Assembly (NCBI GenBank): GCA_049966395.1
Contig: JBMFUT010000013.1
Location: forward strand, 3,120 to 19,529
Direction: 5' to 3'
Source: Candidatus Micrarchaeia archaeon
Lineage (GTDB): Archaea; Micrarchaeota; Micrarchaeia; Micrarchaeales; CABMGC01
Length of the DNA stretch: 16,410 nt
Under the pieces are notes generated by a model. The model worked only from the letters and a program-made list of their open reading frames with translations, had not been told where the DNA came from and did not search any database. The translations under genes were made by a program, and so were the position numbers. Below are positions 15,370 to 16,410 of this stretch, one piece after another; within the stretch, counting starts at the first letter, position 1; each line of letters starts with the position of its first letter.

Positions 15370-15610
15370 TGATTTCATATTTGACGAGGTGATAAGATGT
15401 AAATGTCAACTCCCTAATTTAACGACGAAGAAAAGATTTATAATTTGTCAGGTTCCTATAATAATCTGGCAAGTATAGCTTTGCAAGAAACTTAGATCGT
15501 CCTATCATATTATGATGCTGTGTATAAATTTCCAAAAGTCGTTAATCTGAAGTTACAGTTGATTAATTTCGGTGAGTTATAAATAATCTCTGAATCCATA
15601 TATCAGATTT

Positions 15611-16312
15611 GTGGATATAAAATCGATGGCAAATGGCGCGATTTGGATGAAGCTTGACTTCGTTATAGATAAAGAATACGATATCAAAATGACATTGCAG
15701 CTTAAAGAAGCAGGATATCTCGGATATAAAAAAATAAACCGCACCTTTCTGGAAGAAAGGTACAGGAAAGAACTGCCGGAAATGAGAATAAAACAAAAAG
15801 AATATCAGGTTTCATGGGACGGGATAGGCGAAAGTTTTTCAGACTACATAGAAAGGGCTACAAATCACGGCTGGTTCTATCCTAAATATGAATGCGTTAT
15901 GTCAATCGCGGTTAGTGGAGCCTCCAATTGGGGGCATGCACCCATAATAATGAGGATCTATACGGAGGATCCATATCGCATGCGCCGAATCACTGCGCAC
16001 GAGCTGATTTTATCCCACTATTTCGAAATCTACAGAAGGTATTACAACAGCGAAAGCCTGACAGACGGACAAGTATGGGCGCTGGCCGAGATAGCGGCAT
16101 TTGCGCTTACTTCCTTGACCAGCGAAGCGAAATCTTTTTGGCAGAATGCCGAATACTACACAAACCACAACTACCCGCACATTGCAAAACTGCAAAATGA
16201 CCTAAAACCAATATTTTTGGAGAGTATGAAGATGAAGGATTTCGACTACTATATCAAGCGCGGGATAGAACTAGCGAAAGCTTATCCTAACATGAGCCCC
16301 AAATCTTCTTGA
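15611..16312 (+). CDS. Hypothetical protein with a zincin-like HExxxxH...E motif (start may be the ATG at 15647)
   Basis: 233-codon ORF with ordinary globular composition. RITAHELILSHYF is followed 24 residues later by the Glu in VWALAEIAAF. Confidence 0.65.
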   Translation: MDIKSMANGAIWMKLDFVIDKEYDIKMTLQLKEAGYLGYKKINRTFLEERYRKELPEMRIKQKEYQVSWDGIGESFSDYIERATNHGWFYPKYECVMSIAVSGASNWGHAPIIMRIYTEDPYRMRRITAHELILSHYFEIYRRYYNSESLTDGQVWALAEIAAFALTSLTSEAKSFWQNAEYYTNHNYPHIAKLQNDLKPIFLESMKMKDFDYYIKRGIELAKAYPNMSPKSS

Positions 16313-16410
16313 AGTGTGGCAGCCAACACACAAAACTTGTCGCACGCCAAAGGGCGCATCCTTAGGCGATATTCAACAAACCATTTCTCTCCATGAGATC
16401 GTCATTGGAA

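Larger units (their letters stand above)
14362..15416 (+). mobile_element. Insertion sequence, 1055 bp, with a DDE transposase (IS4/IS5-like, DDE_Tnp_1 type)
   Basis: Left TIR TAGGAAGTTGACA (14362-14374) and right TIR TGTCAACTCCCTA (15404-15416) match at 12/13. The 7-bp direct repeat ATTTAAC flanks both ends (14355-14361 and 15417-15423). One transposase gene lies inside. Confidence 0.92.
14257..15657 (+). pseudogene. Decayed ORF interrupted by the IS, weakly resembling a sugar-phosphate nucleotidyltransferase C-terminal half
   Basis: Removing the IS plus one TSD copy joins 14257-14361 to 15424-15657 in one frame: ...LVWNIFN|DEEKIYNLSGSYNNLASIALQET*...INFGEL*IISESIYQICGYKIDGKWRDLDEA*. Internal stops are at 15493 and 15580. 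The final TGA overlaps the ATG at 15647 of the next gene. Confidence 0.35.
12559..16410. other. AT-rich accessory region or putative genomic island starting at the tRNA 3' end (right boundary not seen)
   Basis: Hand counts: line 13081-13140 has 13/60 G+C, versus 30/60 for line 12241-12300. Contains orphan genes, an IS and a decayed ORF. The right part (15611 onward) is less AT-rich. Confidence 0.6.

Noticed and set aside
7..16200. Short antisense or alternative-frame ORFs in the track (e.g. 7-303, 312-740, 2569-2949, 4843-5349, 9152-9487, 11347-11673, 14581-14868, 15928-16200)
   Set aside because: They are shadows of well-supported genes and have no recognisable motifs or translation signals.
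16362..16409. 3' end of a minus-strand gene at the window edge (SNDDLMERNGLLNIA*)
   Set aside because: Only 15 codons are visible and they carry no diagnostic motif, so it cannot be supported.
12559..16410. CRISPR array or cas genes in the AT-rich region
   Set aside because: No regularly spaced direct repeats with unique spacers, and no Cas-like ORF.

Overview
Archaeal chromosomal window. It has archaeal-type RFC-S, TrmI, topoisomerase IA, a DGGGP-synthase-like UbiA, TATA-box promoters and a CCA-less tRNA. The compact gene set and protein style suggest a DPANN archaeon such as Micrarchaeota (inference only). Bases 1-12558 are dense housekeeping DNA: a probable Nth C-terminal tail, EndoQ with a C-terminal PIP-box, a membrane-anchored S16 protease, an Fhit-like HIT hydrolase, a UbiA prenyltransferase, a Nudix hydrolase, rfcS, a HAD nucleotidase, an N-terminally truncated TrmI, DUF72, topA, small membrane proteins, an ArnE/ArnF-like SMR pair, an Xaa-Pro peptidase and tRNA-Pro(CGG). 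Right after the tRNA the DNA turns sharply AT-rich, like an island. This part holds an Asn-rich surface protein with a 105-bp tandem duplication, a complete 1055-bp IS element, and an orphan protein with an HExxxxH...E zincin-like motif. The IS has terminal inverted repeats, a 7-bp target duplication, a -1 frameshifted DDE transposase and a hairpin that could hide its ribosome-binding site, and it sits inside a decayed reading frame. No CRISPR array, reverse transcriptase or integrase is visible. I cannot support a wholly new system from sequence alone. The best leads are the repair/nucleotide-sanitising cluster, the minimal TrmI and the island contents.
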